A stretch of DNA of 64,000 nucleotides from Squalus acanthias (taxonomy: Eukaryota), in contig CM059430.1 in the NCBI GenBank assembly GCA_030390025.1, positions 153,512,001 through 153,576,000 on the forward strand, written 5' to 3'. Positions 62,579 through 64,000 of the stretch are shown piece after piece; the stretch's first letter is position 1; each line of letters begins with the position of its first letter. The position numbers were made by a program, and so were the translations under genes. The notes under the pieces are model-generated. The model saw only the letters and a list, made by a program, of their open reading frames with translations, was not told the origin of the DNA and made no database searches.

Positions 62579-62579
62579 G

Positions 62580-64000
62580 GGGCAGAGCACGGAGCACCAC
62601 GGGAGAGGCCTGAGGAGTTGAAACAGGGGCGACGGCGGCAGATTGGGGGAAAAAGGAGCGGAGAGGCAAAAAAAAACCAAGGAGTGACATCACAGGACAG
62701 CAGGTAGGTGATTGGTTGGTGAGTATTACAGCGTTTTTTTCCTCTAAGGTAGACAGTGGTTTAAACTAAGAGATGGGGAACTATAACTATTACTTTATTA
62801 AATCAATAACTTAACTAGATGAACTAGTTAATTAATATAAATATAAATAATCATTTGAATAAAAACTTTAAACTAATTAAATTAATTCAGGTTATCAATC
62901 AGCAAATACATAAAAGAAATTCTAGAGATGGCAGGGCAGGCTATGTGTCGGGACTGTAGTATGTGGGAGTTCGTGGACAGCGAGACCGTCCCGGATTCCC
63001 ACATCTGCAGGAAATGTCTCTGCCTTCAGTCACTCTGGCTCAGAGCCATTGAGCTGGAGTGCGAGTTAGAGACACTCCGAAACATAAGGGAGGAGGCGGA
63101 ATTTCTGGACAGTTTTATCCAGAATACAGTCACACCCCAGAGGAAAGCACAGGTTCAGGAAGGGGAGGGTGTGACTGTTAGGGAGCTGGGTAGCGTGGAC
63201 TTAGGAGAGGTTGAGAAGGAGGTCCCGCAGACACTGGTACGATAGCAAAATACTGCGGATGCTGGAAATCCGAAATAACAATAGAAAACGCTGGAAAAAC
63301 TCAGCAGGCCAGGCAGCATCCGTGGAGAGAGAAAGAGAGTTAACGTTTCAGGTCTGATGAAAGGTGATCGACCTGAAACGTTAACTCTCTTTCTCTCTCC
63401 ACGGATGCTGCCTGGCCTGCTGAGTTTTTCCAGCGTTTTCTATTGTTATCCCGCAGACACTGGTCCTGTCCAACAGGTACGAAGTACTCGCTACCTATGA
63501 GGACAAGGAGAAAGACTGCGGGGAGGACAGCCACAATGCAGACCGAGGCACCATGGCTCAGAAAGCTGTCCATGGGAGGGGGGAAGAGCAGAATAGAAAT
63601 GCGGTAGTGATAGGGAGTTCCATAATTAGAGGGATAGATAGAGTCCTCTGCAGCCAAGATCGAGAATTCCGAAGGGTGTGTTGCCTACCTGGTGCCAGGG
63701 TAAGGGATAAGTTGAGGCGACTGGAGAGGAATTTGGAAAGGGAGGGGGTAAATTCAGTTGGCGTGGTTCATGTCGGAACAAACGACATAGGTAGGAACAG
63801 GTAGGAGGTCCTGCTGAAGGAGTATCAGGAGTTATCAACTAAATTAAAAAGCAGGACCTCGAGGGTAATACTCTCTGGATTATTGCCCAAGCCACGTGCA
63901 AATTGGCATAGAAGCAGACAGATCAGGAGAATTAACATGTGGCTAAAGGGCTGGTGTGAGAAAGAGGGGTTCCTTTTCATGGGACATTGGCACCAGTACT
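62580..64000 (+). mobile_element. CR1 LINE 5' UTR and ORF1 (zinc finger + SGNH esterase), continuing beyond the window
   Basis: MAGQAMCRDCSMWE..HICRKC; VVIGSSIIRG, CLPGARVRD, VVHVGTNDIG; ORF1 interrupted at 63239-63448. Confidence 0.88.
63239..63448 (-). mobile_element. Foldback mini-PLE (family A) inserted in CR1 ORF1
   Basis: 80-bp inverted arms 63275-63354 / 63370-63449, ~36-bp tail on the left, 16-bp TSD TCCCGCAGACACTGGT; hammerhead core CTGATGA-A-AGGT(GATCG)ACCT-GAAACGTT at the loop. Confidence 0.92.

Overview
Eukaryotic, repeat-rich vertebrate DNA, most likely a cartilaginous fish. That call is inferred from the repeat families: V-SINE/HE1-like, DeuSINE, LF-SINE-like, CR1, L2, Penelope and Harbinger. 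The only recognisable host gene is an alpha-connexin (GJA3/Cx39.9-like) coding exon on the minus strand at 1115-2192. It has a 1-bp frameshift in the C-terminal tail, and a possible non-coding first exon lies near 33.0-33.5 kb. The rest is nested transposon sequence: two Penelope-like retroelement (PLE) families, two Harbinger transposons with MITEs, CR1/L2 LINEs, SINEs and a ~1.3 kb solo LTR. The most striking signal is a set of tiny TSD-flanked PLE-derived insertions carrying minimal type I hammerhead ribozyme motifs. Three of them (8.5, 29 and 63.3 kb) are long foldback hairpins, the stems covary between copies, and several breakpoints fall at the ribozyme's 5' edge. Family names come from my recognition of the sequences, not from database searches.
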